NCBI RefSeq assembly: GCF_004010195.1
Contig: NC_057718.1
Span: 97,028,079-97,092,078 of the forward strand
DNA: 64,000 nt
Source of the DNA: Chiloscyllium plagiosum
Taxonomy: Eukaryota
Direction of reading: 5' to 3'
Shown here: positions 12,606 to 24,679 of the stretch, one piece after another
How positions within the stretch are numbered: position 1 is the stretch's first letter
Layout of the letters: every line of letters begins with the position of its first letter
Program-made: the position numbers and the translations under genes
Notes under the pieces: generated by a model
Database searches by the model: none
Seen by the model: only the letters and a program-made list of their open reading frames with translations
What the model was told of the DNA's origin: nothing

Positions 12606-15423
12606 AGAGGGATACCAGCCTGCACAGAGTGAGATAACCAGCCCGCCCAGAGTGAGGTATCCAGCCCTCCCAGAGTGAGGTATCCAGCCCTCCCAGAGTG
12701 AGGTATCCAGCCCTCCCAGAGTGAGATAACCAGGGTGCCCAGAGTGGGATAACCAGGGTGCCCAGAGTGAGATAACCAGCCCGCCCAGAGTGAGATCATC
12801 AGCCCGCCCAGAGTGAAATATCAGCTCGCCCAGAATGCGATACCAACCTGCCCAGAGTGAGATAGCAGTCTGCACAGAGTGAGATAACCAGCCCACACAG
12901 AGTGAGATAACCAGCCCTAACCAGCCTGCAGAGAGTGAGATAACCAGCACGCCCTGAGTGAGATAACCAGGCTGCACATAGTGAGATAACCAGGCTGCAC
13001 AGAGTGAGATAACCAGCCCTTCCAGAGTGAGATAACCAGCCCTCCCAGAGTGAGATAACCAGCCTGTCCAGAGTGAGATAACCAGCTCGCCCAGAGTGAG
13101 ATAACCAGGCTGCACAGAGTGAGATAACCAGCCCTCCCAGAGTGAGATAACCAGCCCTCCCAGAGTGAGGTATCCAGCCCTGCCAGAGTGAGATAACCAG
13201 CCTGCCCAGAGTCAGATAACCAGCTCGCCCAGAGTGAGATAACCAGCTCGCCCAGAGTGCGATACCAGCCTGCCCAGAGTGAGATAACCAGCCCGCCCAG
13301 AGTGAGATAACCAGCCCGCACAGAGTGAGATAACCAGCCTGCCCAGAGTGAGATAACCCTCCTGCACCGAGTGAGATAACCAGCCCTCCCAGAGTGAGAT
13401 AACCAGCCCTCCCAGAGTGAGATGACCAGCCCGCCCAGAGTGAGATAACCAGGCTGCACAGAGTGAGATAACCAGGCTGCACAGAGTGAGAGACCAGCCC
13501 GCCTAGAGTGAGATAACCAGCCCTCCCAGAGTGAGATAACCAGCCTGCACAGAGTGAGAGACCAGCCCGCCCAGAGTGAGATAACCAGCCCACACAGAGT
13601 GAGAGACCAGCCCGCCCAGAGTGAGATAACCAGCCCGCCCAGAGTGAGATAACCAGCCTGCATTGAGTGAGATAACAAGCCTGCACAGAGTGAGAGACCA
13701 GCCCGCCCAGAGTGAGATAACCCTCCTGCACCGAGTGAGATAACCAGCCAGCACCGAGTAAGATAACCAGCCCGCACAGAGTGAGATAACCAGCCCGCGC
13801 AGAGTGAGATAACCAGCCCGCGCAGAGTGAGATAACCAGCCCGCCCAGAGTGAGATAACCAGCCCGCCCAGAGTGAGATAACCAGCTCGCCCAGAGTGAG
13901 ATAACCAGGCTGCACAGAGTGAGATAACCAGCCCGCCCAGAGTGAGATAACCAGCCCGCCCAGAGTGAGATAACCAGCCTACCCAGAGTGAGATAACCAG
14001 GCTGCACAGAGTGCGATAACCAGCCCGCCCAGAGTGCGATAACCAGCTCGCCCAGAGTGAGATAACCAGCTCGCCCAGAGTGAGATAACCAGCTCGCCCA
14101 GAGTGAGATAACCGCCTGCCCAGAGTGAGATAACCAGCCTGCACAGAGTGAGATAACCAGCTCGCCCAGAGTGAGATAACCAGCCTGCACAGAGTGAGAT
14201 AACCAGCCTGCACAGAGTGAGATAACCAAGCTGCACACTGTGAGATAACCAGCCCCCCCAGTGTGAGATAACCAGCCTGCACAGAGTGAGAGACCAGCCC
14301 GCCCAGAGTGAGATAACCAGCCCGCCCAGAGTGAGATAACCAGCCCGCACAGAGTGAGGTAACCAGCCCGCACAGAGTGAGATAATCAGCCTGCCCAGAG
14401 TGAGATAACCAGCCCGCCCAGAGTGAGGTAACCAGCCCGCACAGAGTGAGGTAACCAGCCCGCACAGAGTGAGATAACCAGCCCGCCCAGAGTGAGATAA
14501 CCAGCCCGCCCAGAGTGAGATAACCAGCCCGCACAGAGTGAGATAACCAGCCTGCCCAGAGTGAGATAACCAGCCCGCCCAGAGTGAGATAACCAGCTCG
14601 CCCAGAGTGAGATAACCAGCCCGCCCAGAGTGAGATAACCAGCTCGCCCAGAGTGAGATAAGCAGCCCGCCCAGAGTGTGATAACCAGCTCGCCCAGAGT
14701 GAGATAACCAGCTTGCCCAGAGTGAGATAACCAGCCCGCCCAGAGTGAGATAACCAGCCCGCCCACAGTGAGATAACCAGTCTGCCCAGAGTGAGGTATC
14801 TAGCCCTCCCAGAGTGAGGTAACCAGCCCGCCCGGAGTGAGATAACCAGGCTGCCCTGAGTGAGATACCAGCCTGCCCAGAGTGAGATACCAGCCTGCCC
14901 AGAGTGAGAGACCAGCCTGCCCAGAGTGAGATAACCAGCCCGCCCAGAGTGAGATAACCAGCCCGCACCGAGTGAGATAACCAGCCCGCCCAGAGCGAGA
15001 TAACCAGGCTGCACAGAGTGAGATAACCAGCTCGCCCAGAGTGAGATAACCAGCCCGCCCAGAGTGAGATAATCAGCCCGCCCAGAGTGAGATAACCAGC
15101 CCGCCCAGAATGAGATAACCAGCTCGCCCAGAGTGAGATAACCAGCCCGCCCAGAGTGAGATAACCAGCTCGCCCAGAGTGCGATAACCAGCTAGCCCAG
15201 TGTGAGATAACCAGCCCGCCCAGAGTGAGATAACCAGCTCGCCCAGAGTGAGATAACCAGCCCGCCCAGAGTGCGATAACCAGCCCGCCCAGAGTGCGAT
15301 AACCAGCCCGCCCAGAGTGAGATAACCAGCCTGCATTGAGTGACATAACCAGCCCGCCCAGAGTGAGATAACCAGCCCGCCCAGAGTAAGATAACCAGCC
15401 CGCCCAGAGTAAGATAACCAGCT
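12606..15423. repeat. Minisatellite, 23-bp unit GAGTGAGATAACCAGCCCGCCCA, about 120 copies
   Basis: Direct reading; about 2.8 kb; explains all the long WAGWLSHSGRAGYLTLG pseudo-ORFs. Confidence 0.98.
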
Positions 15424-15784
15424 CTTTCCATTTGGTGTTCAGTCCAAGCTGGTTGGCAATAGTCAAAGAACACCAACTGTTTACGAACCATCTGAATTGA
15501 ATTGTCTCGTGTATTCAATACAAAACATCATGAAAAGTCTATTCTGTCGCCATCGGCACCATTCTCTTTAACTTAAAATAAAATAATAAGTTAAAAATAA
15601 GGAAAGACTACTTAAAGAGAGTCCACCTCCTCATCCTCCACCATAAGCAACATGTGGACTTTCCTTTACCCTCCTTAATTGGCCGGAAGCAGCCTAAGTG
15701 GTAAATTGTTTGCTCGTTCCACCCAAATAGGACCAAAAATTGAGCTGGAAATGATAAGTAATAAATGTTGTTTGTCGCTAATTG

Positions 15785-16100
15785 ATGCAGAGCTCATGTT
15801 CCCTCATGTGGGGCAGTCTACAACAGGAGGTCATAGATTTAGGATGGGGGGGAGCAGATTTCAAACAAAGGCAACAAGTCACTTTTCTCCAAGGGATATC
15901 AATCAGTGGAATTAATTATCCCAGAGTGCAGCGGAGGCTGGGACATTGGGTAACTTTAAGTAGGAGATGAACAGGGTTTTAATTAATAATGGGTTGAGGG
16001 GTTTTGGGGAGTGGGCAGGAATTGAGCCCGAGGTGAGATCAGCAATGATCGTATCAAATAGTGGAGCAGAGAGAGGGGCTGAATGACCTGCTGTCAGCTC
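15785..16100 (+). mobile_element. Older CR1 3' fragment
   Basis: Similar to 3615-3890. Confidence 0.65.
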
Positions 16101-16314
16101 TTAAGTTGTTTCACAGGCCAAGGGCACACAGTTCCTCACAAACACTGCAATTACAATATATCGTGCACATTTCCGAAGGGGAAGCTGAGCTGACCAGAAT
16201 CTACTCAGCTACTGGGTGAGTGATTTACTGGGTGATATTTACCTAACTCCCAGAGCCAGCTCACAACGTGAACCAATGAACTTGAAGCTGACCCATTGAA
16301 TAGAATTCAAATTG

Positions 16315-17558
16315 TAAAATTAGTTTTATTGTCACATGTAGTCAAATGAGAACAGTGAAAAGTTTACAAGTTGCCACTTAGCGTATTATCTGAGCAACAA
16401 AGGTACCTAGATGCAGAATCTTAAATATAAATTCTTGGTGGGGGGAGTAACTTAGAAAAAAATAGAACTTAAAAGTCCAGCATTATAGATCTCAGGAATA
16501 AATAAGAAAAATAAAGACTGCCACACTGGGCCGGGAGACCAACCACACCGGGCCGGGAGACCAACCACACCGGGCCGGGAGACCAACCACACCGGGCCGG
16601 GAGACCAACCACACCGGGCCGGGAGACCAACCACACCGGGCCGGGAGACCAACCACACCGGGCCGGGAGACCAACCACACCGGGCCGGGAGACCAACCAC
16701 ACCGGGCCCGGAGACCAACCCCACCGGGCCGGGAGGACCACCACACTGGGCCGGGAGACCAACCACACCGGGCCGGGAGACCAACCTCACCGGGCCAGGA
16801 GACCAACCCCACCGGGCCGGGAGACCAACCCCACCGGGCCGGGAGACCAACCCCACCGGGCCGGGAGACTCCCACACCGGGCCGGGAGACTCCCACACCG
16901 GGCCGGGAGACCAACCCCACCGGGCCGGGAGACCAACTACACCGGGCCGGGAGACCAACCACACCGGGCCGGGAGACCAACCCCACCGGGCCGGGAGACC
17001 AACCCCACCGGGCCTGGAGACCAACCCCACCGGGCCGGGAGACCGCCACACCAGGCTGGGAGACTCCCACACCGGGCCGGGAGACTCCCACACCGGGCCG
17101 GGAGACCAGCCACACCGGGCCAGGAGACCAACCACACCGGGCCGGGAGACCAACCAAACCGGGCCGGGAGACCAACCCCACCGGGCCGGGAGACCAACCC
17201 CACCGGGCCGGGAGACCAACCCCACCGGGCCCGGAGACCAACCCCACCGGGCCGGGAGACCAACCACACCGGGCCCGGAGACCAACCCCACCGGGCCGGG
17301 AGACCGACCCCACCGGGCCGGGAGACCGACCCCACCGGGCCGGGAGACCAACCCCACCGGGCCCGGAGACCAACCACACTAAGCTAGCAGACCGCCCCGC
17401 TGGGTCCACACTGAGGCTGGGAGTTCAGGACATCATCGAGAAGAATGAAGGAAAATAAAACACAGAAGAGAAAAAGAAAGAGAAAGAAATAAAATGAAAA
17501 GAAATGGAGGGAATGAACGAGCTCTGGCTGAGCAGTCCCATTTTGCCTCCATTTTGGA
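16315..17558 (-). mobile_element. YY1-headed, Rex1-tailed non-autonomous element with an expanded internal minisatellite
   Basis: Both ends align by eye with 56492-57053 (head CAAAATGGAGGC...ctcagccagagctc; tail cttttcactg...catgtgacaataaa). Confidence 0.7.
16521..17380. repeat. Minisatellite, 22-bp unit CCACACCGGGCCGGGAGACCAA, about 39 copies
   Basis: Direct reading; CpG-rich; explains the ORFs at 16452-17409. Confidence 0.98.
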
Positions 17559-18373
17559 ACCTTTCATACTTTTAACCTTTTTATATTTGGCCACTGGTTT
17601 ATTCACAATGGCCTGTGTGTGCAAACTTAAAACACTTAATAAAAATTGAATTTCACACATCCCTGATTCCTCTACCTGTGTAAAATTAATTTAGCTGATA
17701 AGACCTGGAACAATACTCCTTAATCAATTTTCAAACTTGACTCACCCTGATCCTGTGAAAGTTTTGCTCGACTATCTTGCAACAAGAATTAATTATTAAA
17801 CCTTTTGGAGTGGGCCAACTTTTCTGAACATGCTTCACCTTGGGACTCTCAGGAATTCTCACTTTGGAACAGTTCTTTATTAACAGTGGTCTTCACCAAC
17901 CAGTAATTTAGTTGAAAAAGAGATACTTGCTAAATTCTGTGCAGAATTTCTGCCTGGGTTCAACAAAACTCTCCAGAGCACTAGCAATAAATCAGATGAA
18001 ATCCAAAACAGGGATACTCTGAATTTATTAATAGAGCACAGTTAAGATGTATTGTTAAGTGGAACCAGAATCTATTCATCGTCCCTGTATACAGAAGAGC
18101 TGAAGTAAAGTGTGCTGTAGAATAAGGGGTTACTGTATCATATGTAAATGAAATACCATATGCATCATCACAGGAAGTGATGGAATGTCACATGGCTTGA
18201 TCAGACCCTTGCTCTCTCGCAGCCTTGTGGTAAGGTGAAACCACAGATGTTATTACTGCTGGTTATGCTTTAAATAAAATGATTTTCTTTTACTTGGCCT
18301 GAGCAGACTTTATTGGCAATACAACAAGACCAATAATACTATAGAGTAGCAAAAACTGACCATGCCATATGTT

Positions 18374-18476
18374 CAAGTCAAAAAGTGTGGGGCTGGAAAA
18401 GCACAGCAGGTCAGGCAGCATCCGAGGAGCAGGAGAGTCAATGTTTCGGGCATAAGCCCTTTATCAGGAATGTGGA
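18374..18476 (-). mobile_element. Solo Penelope terminal repeat with a mutated HHR core (CUGAUAA)
   Basis: Minus strand reads CCTGATAAAGGGCTTATGCCCGAAACATTG; degenerate TSD ATGCCATATGTT (18362-18373) / ATGTCATGTGTT (18477-18488). Confidence 0.8.
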
Positions 18477-19605
18477 ATGTCATGTGTTTCTCTGGTGAGA
18501 GGAGAGACAATGGTGAAACAAGGCATCATTGGTCATATTGAAGGCTATCAAGAGGAGAAGAGGAAACAAAATGCACCATGGCAACAGCCCATAGAGGCCA
18601 TCATCAATGACTTCAGTTACTTTGGATGCTCTGGATGGAATGGAAGATTGGAGTTTTGAGGGCACTGTGATGTGGCGCAGTTTCAGCTCTCAATCTAAGA
18701 CATTCCCTCATGGTGTTCCAGTGGACTGCTTTCCACTTCCCAGATCAATGAGCTTTGTAAATGACCAAGGCAATTATTGCCGAATGATGCTCCTTTGTGT
18801 TGTACGTGTAATGGTGAGGGGGCAGTGTGGATAATGACTGTATATCCAACTGCACAATGCAAGTGCTTTCTCAAATTGACTCGTGAGTGTGGAACTGATT
18901 CCACAAATAAATGTAACTGGCTTTTGATGGATTTCCAGCAGTTTGTGAGTCTCTACTAACTGCCATCCTACTATGCAGGGTTCCTGATGTACAAGTAATC
19001 CTTCTCAAGAGTGTTTCAGAACTTTGCAGTTGTTGATGTTCGTTTTGCAAAACGGCATTCCCGTGGGAGACAAGTGGCGTGCGTTAACTATCTTGAATTC
19101 TCCCAGATGCTAACGGAACTGTTCCAGAGATGATGGAGGTCAGCTGATAAAAATACTTCACAACTATAAGCTTTATTGACATGAATATGTTTGAGAGCTG
19201 GCACCATTCCATGCCAGTGTCTTGCAGAACATTTGGAGAACGGGACCTGATTTTATTCAGTCTTTTGCTGAAGCTAATTAGAATGAAATGGATAATTAAG
19301 AATATATTTTCGGCATCATGACCTGTTTAATGGACTCACATTTCTGTTGTACTCAGCTTCTTTGACTTCCTTGGTGTTGTATTGCCACACCGGTCAGATC
19401 ACCAATGGAAATGCAATGGTGAACGAACCTTTACTGTCAGCCTGCCCTCTAATATAAATGTGGTGCCAATGAGTGTTAGAACATAAGAACTCAGATAGGG
19501 AGGAGGCCATTCAGCCCCTCGAGCCTGTTCCGTCATTCAATACAATCATGGCTGATCTTACCTCGGCCTGTATTCCGCTCTCCTGCCTTCTCTCTATCTC
19601 CATTT

Positions 19606-19876
19606 ATAGACTAGGGGGCATATTTTTAAGGTGAGAGGGGAAACATTTTAAAAAGACTCGGGCAATTTTTTTTACATGTGGAATTAATTTCCAGAGAAAG
19701 TGTTGGAAGGGGTTACTGTTACAGCATTTAAAAGATATTTGTATAAATACGTGAATAAGAAATGTTTGGAAAGTTGTGGGTGGAGCACAGGCAGGTGGGA
19801 CCAGTTTAGTTTGGAATTATGGTCGGCATGTACTGATTGGACCGAAGGGTCTGTTTCTATGCTGTATGACTCTGAC
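19606..19876 (+). mobile_element. CR1 3' fragment (nested)
   Basis: actagggggcat...ggtgagagggg...gaccgaagggtctgtttc...gactct tail. Confidence 0.8.
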
Positions 19877-20100
19877 TTATAACCCTCCAACCCATTACTA
19901 ATTAAAAATCTAGCTATCTGTTCCTTAAATTTATTCAGTATCCTGGGTGTCCACCGCACTCCCACAGATTCTCAATCTTTTGAGAGAAGACTTTCTTCCT
20001 CATTTCAGTTTTGGTGTTGCAGATATAAAACAATCACCTCTCATTCAATATTGCCCCAGAAGAGGAAACGTTCTCTCCATGTCAATCCCCTTCAGTGTCT

Positions 20101-20222
20101 GTCCTGAGGAGGGGCTTATGCCCGAAACGTCAACTCTCTTGCTCCTCAGATGTTGCCTGACCTGCTGTGCTTTTTCCAGCGCCACACTTTGTCAACTCTG
20201 ACATCTGCAGTCCTCGCCATTG
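20101..20222 (+). mobile_element. Solo Penelope terminal repeat with an HHR core
   Basis: CTGAGGA-G-GGGC-TTAT-GCCC-GAAA-C-GTC at 20104-20131, followed by the family body gatgttgcctgacctgctgtgc. Confidence 0.8.
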
Positions 20223-20243
20223 CCTAGCATCTTTTAAACTTTA

Positions 20244-20985
20244 AGAAGAACAAAGTACAAAGAAAATTTACAGCCCAGGAACGGACCCTTCGGCCCTCCA
20301 AGCCTGAGCCGATCCAAATGCACTGTCTAAACCTGTCGGTCAATTTCTAAGCATTTGTATCCCTCTGCTCCCCACCTACTCATGCATCTGTCCAGACGCA
20401 TCTTAAATGCATCCACCGTGCCTGCCTCGACCACCTCTGCTGGCAACGTGTTCCTAACGCCCACCACCCTCTGTGTGAAGTACTTGCCGCGTGTAATCCC
20501 CTTAAACTTTCCACCTCTCACCTTGAAAGCGTGACCTCTCGTTATTGAATCCTTCTCCCTGGGAAAAAGCTTGTCTCTATCCACCCGGTCTATACCCTTC
20601 ATGATTTTGTAAACCTCAATCAGGTCCCCCATCAATCACCTTTTTCCTAATGAAAATAAACCTAACCTACTCAATCTCTCTTCATAGTTCACACCTTCCA
20701 TACCAGGCAACATCCTCGTAAACCTTCTCTGCACCCTCTCCAAAGCATCTACATCCTTTTGGTGATGTGGCGACCAAAACTGTACACAGTATTCTAAATG
20801 CGGCCGAACCAATGTCTTGTACAATGTTAACATGACTTGCCAGCTCTTATACTCAATACCCTGGCCAATGAAGGCAAGCATACTATATGCCTTCTTACCA
20901 CTCTATCCACCTGTGCAGCCAGCTTCAGGGTACAATGGACCTGCACTCCCAGATCTCTCTGCCCATCAACTTTTCCCAAGTCTCT
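20244..20985 (-). mobile_element. Younger CR1 LINE 3' fragment
   Basis: ORFs LYKTLVRPHLEYCVQFWSPHHQKDVDALERVQRRFTRMLPG and GDLIEVYKIMKGIDRV, separated by one frameshift. Confidence 0.93.
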
Positions 20986-21683
20986 TCTGTTTAATTAGAC
21001 CTTCACTCATTCTTCTAATGTCCGGAGAGTATAGACCTAAACTGCTCAATCTCTCCTCATAAGACAAGCCTTTCATTTCTGGAATTAATCTAATGAACCT
21101 AGCCTGAACAGCTCCAGCGCAGTTACATCAGGATGGGGCCAAGCCGTGGTTTGACCGCAGAGTGGAACAGCAGTATTTTTGCCTTGCCATCCCTTGTTCG
21201 TTTTATAGAGGTGATTGCGAGATTCTTTACTTCCAGAAGTCGAACGTTGGCGTGCCGACCGATGTGAATGGAGCCTCCCAGTGACACAGTCTGGCGACTT
21301 AGTGGGAACGTGGTGATGGGTCGTGTGTACCGCCCGCCTGTCTCAGTGTGGCGGTAACAGATTCACCTTCTTGAGGGTTTCATTCAGGGCACCCTCCCGT
21401 CCGCTGACAAGAATTTCACTTTGGCACCCGGGGTTACCCGTTGCATTGGGGACGTCTCCATCAACCTTGCTCTATATGAAACTGAAAGGGTTAGTGCTGA
21501 GAAGGAGTGCTGTAAGGATCACCCTCAATGACAATGTCTCATGGACTTGTGAGCTGAGAGCAGTGGACGTGAAAGGGGTGAGATCTTAACATCTCGTTCT
21601 CCGCAAAATGCTCTGGAACGATGTCCATCATGTCAGTGTAACCTGTAACCAGGAGCTAGCAAGCAATAACCAAGGAGGAAGTG

Positions 21684-21783
21684 CACATTCCTGATGAAGG
21701 GCTTATGCTCAAAACGTCGACTCTCCTGCTTCTCGGATGCCGCCTGACCGGCTGTGCTTTTCCAGCACCACACTATTTGACTC
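21684..21783 (+). mobile_element. Solo Penelope terminal repeat, HHR with G12 lost
   Basis: CTGATGAAGGGCTTATGCTCAAAACGTC at 21691-21718. Confidence 0.8.
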
Positions 21784-22294
21784 AGGGAGTCAAGTTAGAG
21801 CTTGTTAATGGCAATGGGCTCTTCTGGTTGGACAGGGAGGTCTCTCGCAGTAGACCATGTACCTTCCTACACTTCAAGGATGGTGCTAACAACCTTGACC
21901 ATGATCCTTGGCCCATGCAGCATGGCAATGCAACATGGTGAGCCGCAGTGTGGATTCAGTTTGGCAGCTCATACGCCACGTGGAGAGCAGCCATGTCAAA
22001 TCTTCAGATTCTGCTGGTAGTTAAATGTCCACTCGGCACGGTCAGCAGCACAGAGGAGCTCAAGATTTAAGAATCTTACAGAAGAGACCTTTGTGTCAAT
22101 CCTCAGAAAGGAAGGATTTGCCAGTAAATGGCAAACGCCTGACAGACATGGTCAGCGATGCACTGCAGCAGGTGAGTTAGCAGCTCCCTGGGGAAAGAGA
22201 ATTAGTGAGTCCAAACCAGATGGGGACTGCATTGTGAAGCCATGGTTGATGGAGTCATGGAAACGTATAACTCATCCAGACTGAGCAGATATCT

Positions 22295-22785
22295 TAAATT
22301 AATCTAGTCGCATTTGCCAGCACTTGGCCTATAGCCCTCTAAGCCCTCCCTGTTCATATACCCATCCAGATGCCTTTTCAGTGTTATAATTGTACCAGCC
22401 TCCACCACTTCCTCTGGCAGCTCATTCCATGCACACATCACCGACTGCATAAAAATGTTACCTGTTATTTCCTTTTTAAATCTTTCCCCTCTCACCTTAA
22501 ACCTATGTCCTCCAGTTTGGACTCCCTCACTCCGGGGAAACGACCTTGTCTATTCGCTGCGTGATTTTATAAACCTCTATGAAGTCACCCCTCAACTCTG
22601 AAGCTCCAGGGAAAACAGTCCCAGTCCTATTCAGCCTCTCCCTATAGCTTAAACCCTCCAACCGTGGCAACGTTCTTGTAGATCTTGTCTGAACCCTTTC
22701 AAATTTCCCAGCATCTTTCCTAAAATGGGGAAATGAGAATTAAATATAGTATTCCAAAAGTGGCCTAACCATTGTCCTGTTTTCC
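22295..22785 (-). mobile_element. CR1 LINE 3' fragment
   Basis: RGERFKK...WNELPEEVVEAGTI peptide. Confidence 0.88.
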
Positions 22786-24034
22786 TGTATAAAACTCTCC
22801 AGTCGTCCATTTGTCAGATTTCCAACATACACATGCACCAGAGGACTCATTAGAGTTACCAATGTATTTCTTTACTACACTAAATTATGAAAGTGAATAG
22901 CATTTTGTCCACCAAGCATTGTCTCTGGCTGCAGTTTTGTTTTTGATAAATGGTTCCTTTTTCTTATTAAAATCCTATTTCAAGGATTGGCTACTTGCGT
23001 TAGTTTTATTCCCTGTTTGTAAGTATGATCAATATTTCTTTCCTTGCTTACTGGAGTGAAATCCAGTGAGAGCGATGTAAATCAATATTGCCTTCACATA
23101 TTAACTTGCATGAAATGTCTACTAAACATTTTGGGAATAATGAACTGTTTATTATCTGCTGTTGGAGTTTTAGGTTCTATTAAGATCCATTCTGCCATCT
23201 TTGCCATTGGATCTTTGTTCATGTTGGCCCGTTATTCCCACAGGATTCCATCCTATTCGGTAATAAAAGTGAGATTTTGCCTCGCATGTCTCTTTGACCC
23301 TTATTCCTCCCTTGGGCTTTCCATTTCCCTGGGTCGACCGTCATAGCCACAAAGTGGAGCTAACGCTCATCATTTTCCCAGCTTTCCCTCGCCCAGCCGG
23401 GGAAGGGATCTCGATGGGATCGTTTTCACCAGAGGTGGGGATTGGTTCAGATGTATGTCACACAATCAAGGTGCAGGTTTGGTTTTCTGGGTGTTTTGAT
23501 CAAGAGGGCCACTGTGTCTCTTTGTGAAATATTTCTTCGAAATGCTACTGCAGCACTTGGATTGTGATAGGTGCTCCATAAATACCAAGTTCTTCCCATT
23601 TTTAAAGGCAGACCCAAATCCTTCACTGCACCCCAGTTACTTGAATACTTCATGGGGTTGTTTTGTGATCTCAAAGGATTTGAAAGTGAGAAGACCTGTA
23701 TCTTCATAGCAACCTTCTAGGATCACAGGACCGCTCGAAGTACTTTACACCAATGATGTACTTTTGAGGTTCAGTCACTCTTATAATCCGGGACTTACAG
23801 CAGCCAGTTTGCAGACAGCTAAATCCCCAAAAGCAGTGAATTCCTTTCCCTGAGGTTGGCTGAGTATCCTGTACTGTGCTGGATACAAGGGATAGTTCCA
23901 CCTTTTTTTCATTCATTCACTTGATGTGGGTGTCACTGGTTCAGCCAGCCTTTGTTACCCATCCCTCATGAGGTGATTGTGGACTGCTTGTGAGCTGCAG
24001 TTCTAGGCGTGTAGTTTTACCCACAGTGCTGTTT

Positions 24035-24367
24035 GGAAGGCACGATGCCTCAGTGGTTAGCACTGCTGTCTCACAGCGATAGGGACCCAGGTTCAATTCC
24101 CGCCTCGGGCGACCGTCTGTGTGGAGTTTGCACATTCTCCCAGTGTCTGCGTGGGTTTCCTCCGGGTGCTCCGGTTTCCTACCGCAATCCAAAGGTGTGC
24201 AGGTCAGGTGAATTGGTCATGCTAAGTTGCCCATAGTGTTAAGTGCATTAGTCAGGGGCAAGTATAGGTTAGGGGAATGGGTCTGGGTGGGTTGCTTTTC
24301 GGACGGTCAGTGTGGACTTGTTGGGCTGAAGGGCCTGTTTCCATGTAGGTAATCTAGTCTAATCTAA
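24035..24367 (+). mobile_element. HE1-like SINE (nested)
   Basis: Full head, core and tail as at 8760-9051. Confidence 0.9.
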
Positions 24368-24453
24368 ATGAAGGGACCTCTGGAATTTTGACCCAGCAAT
24401 ACTGAAGAGACAATGATATATTTCCAAGTCAGCATGGTGTGTGGCTTGAAGGG

Positions 24454-24679
24454 TGTAGTGACTGGAACAAGATTGGCCACGTGGATCTCAATGAGAATGA
24501 GATCCCTGCTTTGGGCTGTTAACCTGGTCCAATCAGGGAGCCCAAGCTGACAGGGATCTTGGAGATTCCCCTCACTCTACGGACTGGTTCTGAGCTGGCT
24601 GGTCACAGTCAATGTACTGTGTACGTGTAAATGAAGGGTGACTTAGTGATGGGATACCTGCCTGTGTGGAGCTATTTCA
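24454..24679 (+). mobile_element. Small putative solo LTR (TG...CA)
   Basis: Begins TGTAGT, ends TTTCA, contains CCAAT; interrupts the host LINE; TSD poor. Confidence 0.4.

Larger units (their letters stand above)
19478..21145 (-). mobile_element. Old CR1 fragment split by three later insertions
   Basis: CR1 tail aacataagaac...gccattcagcccctcgagcc continues at 19877-20095, 20227-20243 and 20990-21145. Confidence 0.6.

Noticed and set aside
12594..15518. Long ORFs up to 524 aa (WAGWLSHSGRAGYLTLG repeats)
   Set aside because: Translations of a stop-poor 23-bp minisatellite; open in all three minus frames, and the unit is not a multiple of 3
12606..17380. Possible CRISPR arrays
   Set aside because: Units are head-to-tail with no unique spacers, there are no cas genes, and the context is eukaryotic
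16452..17409. ORFs of about 300 aa rich in G/P/V/W
   Set aside because: Translation of the 22-bp minisatellite
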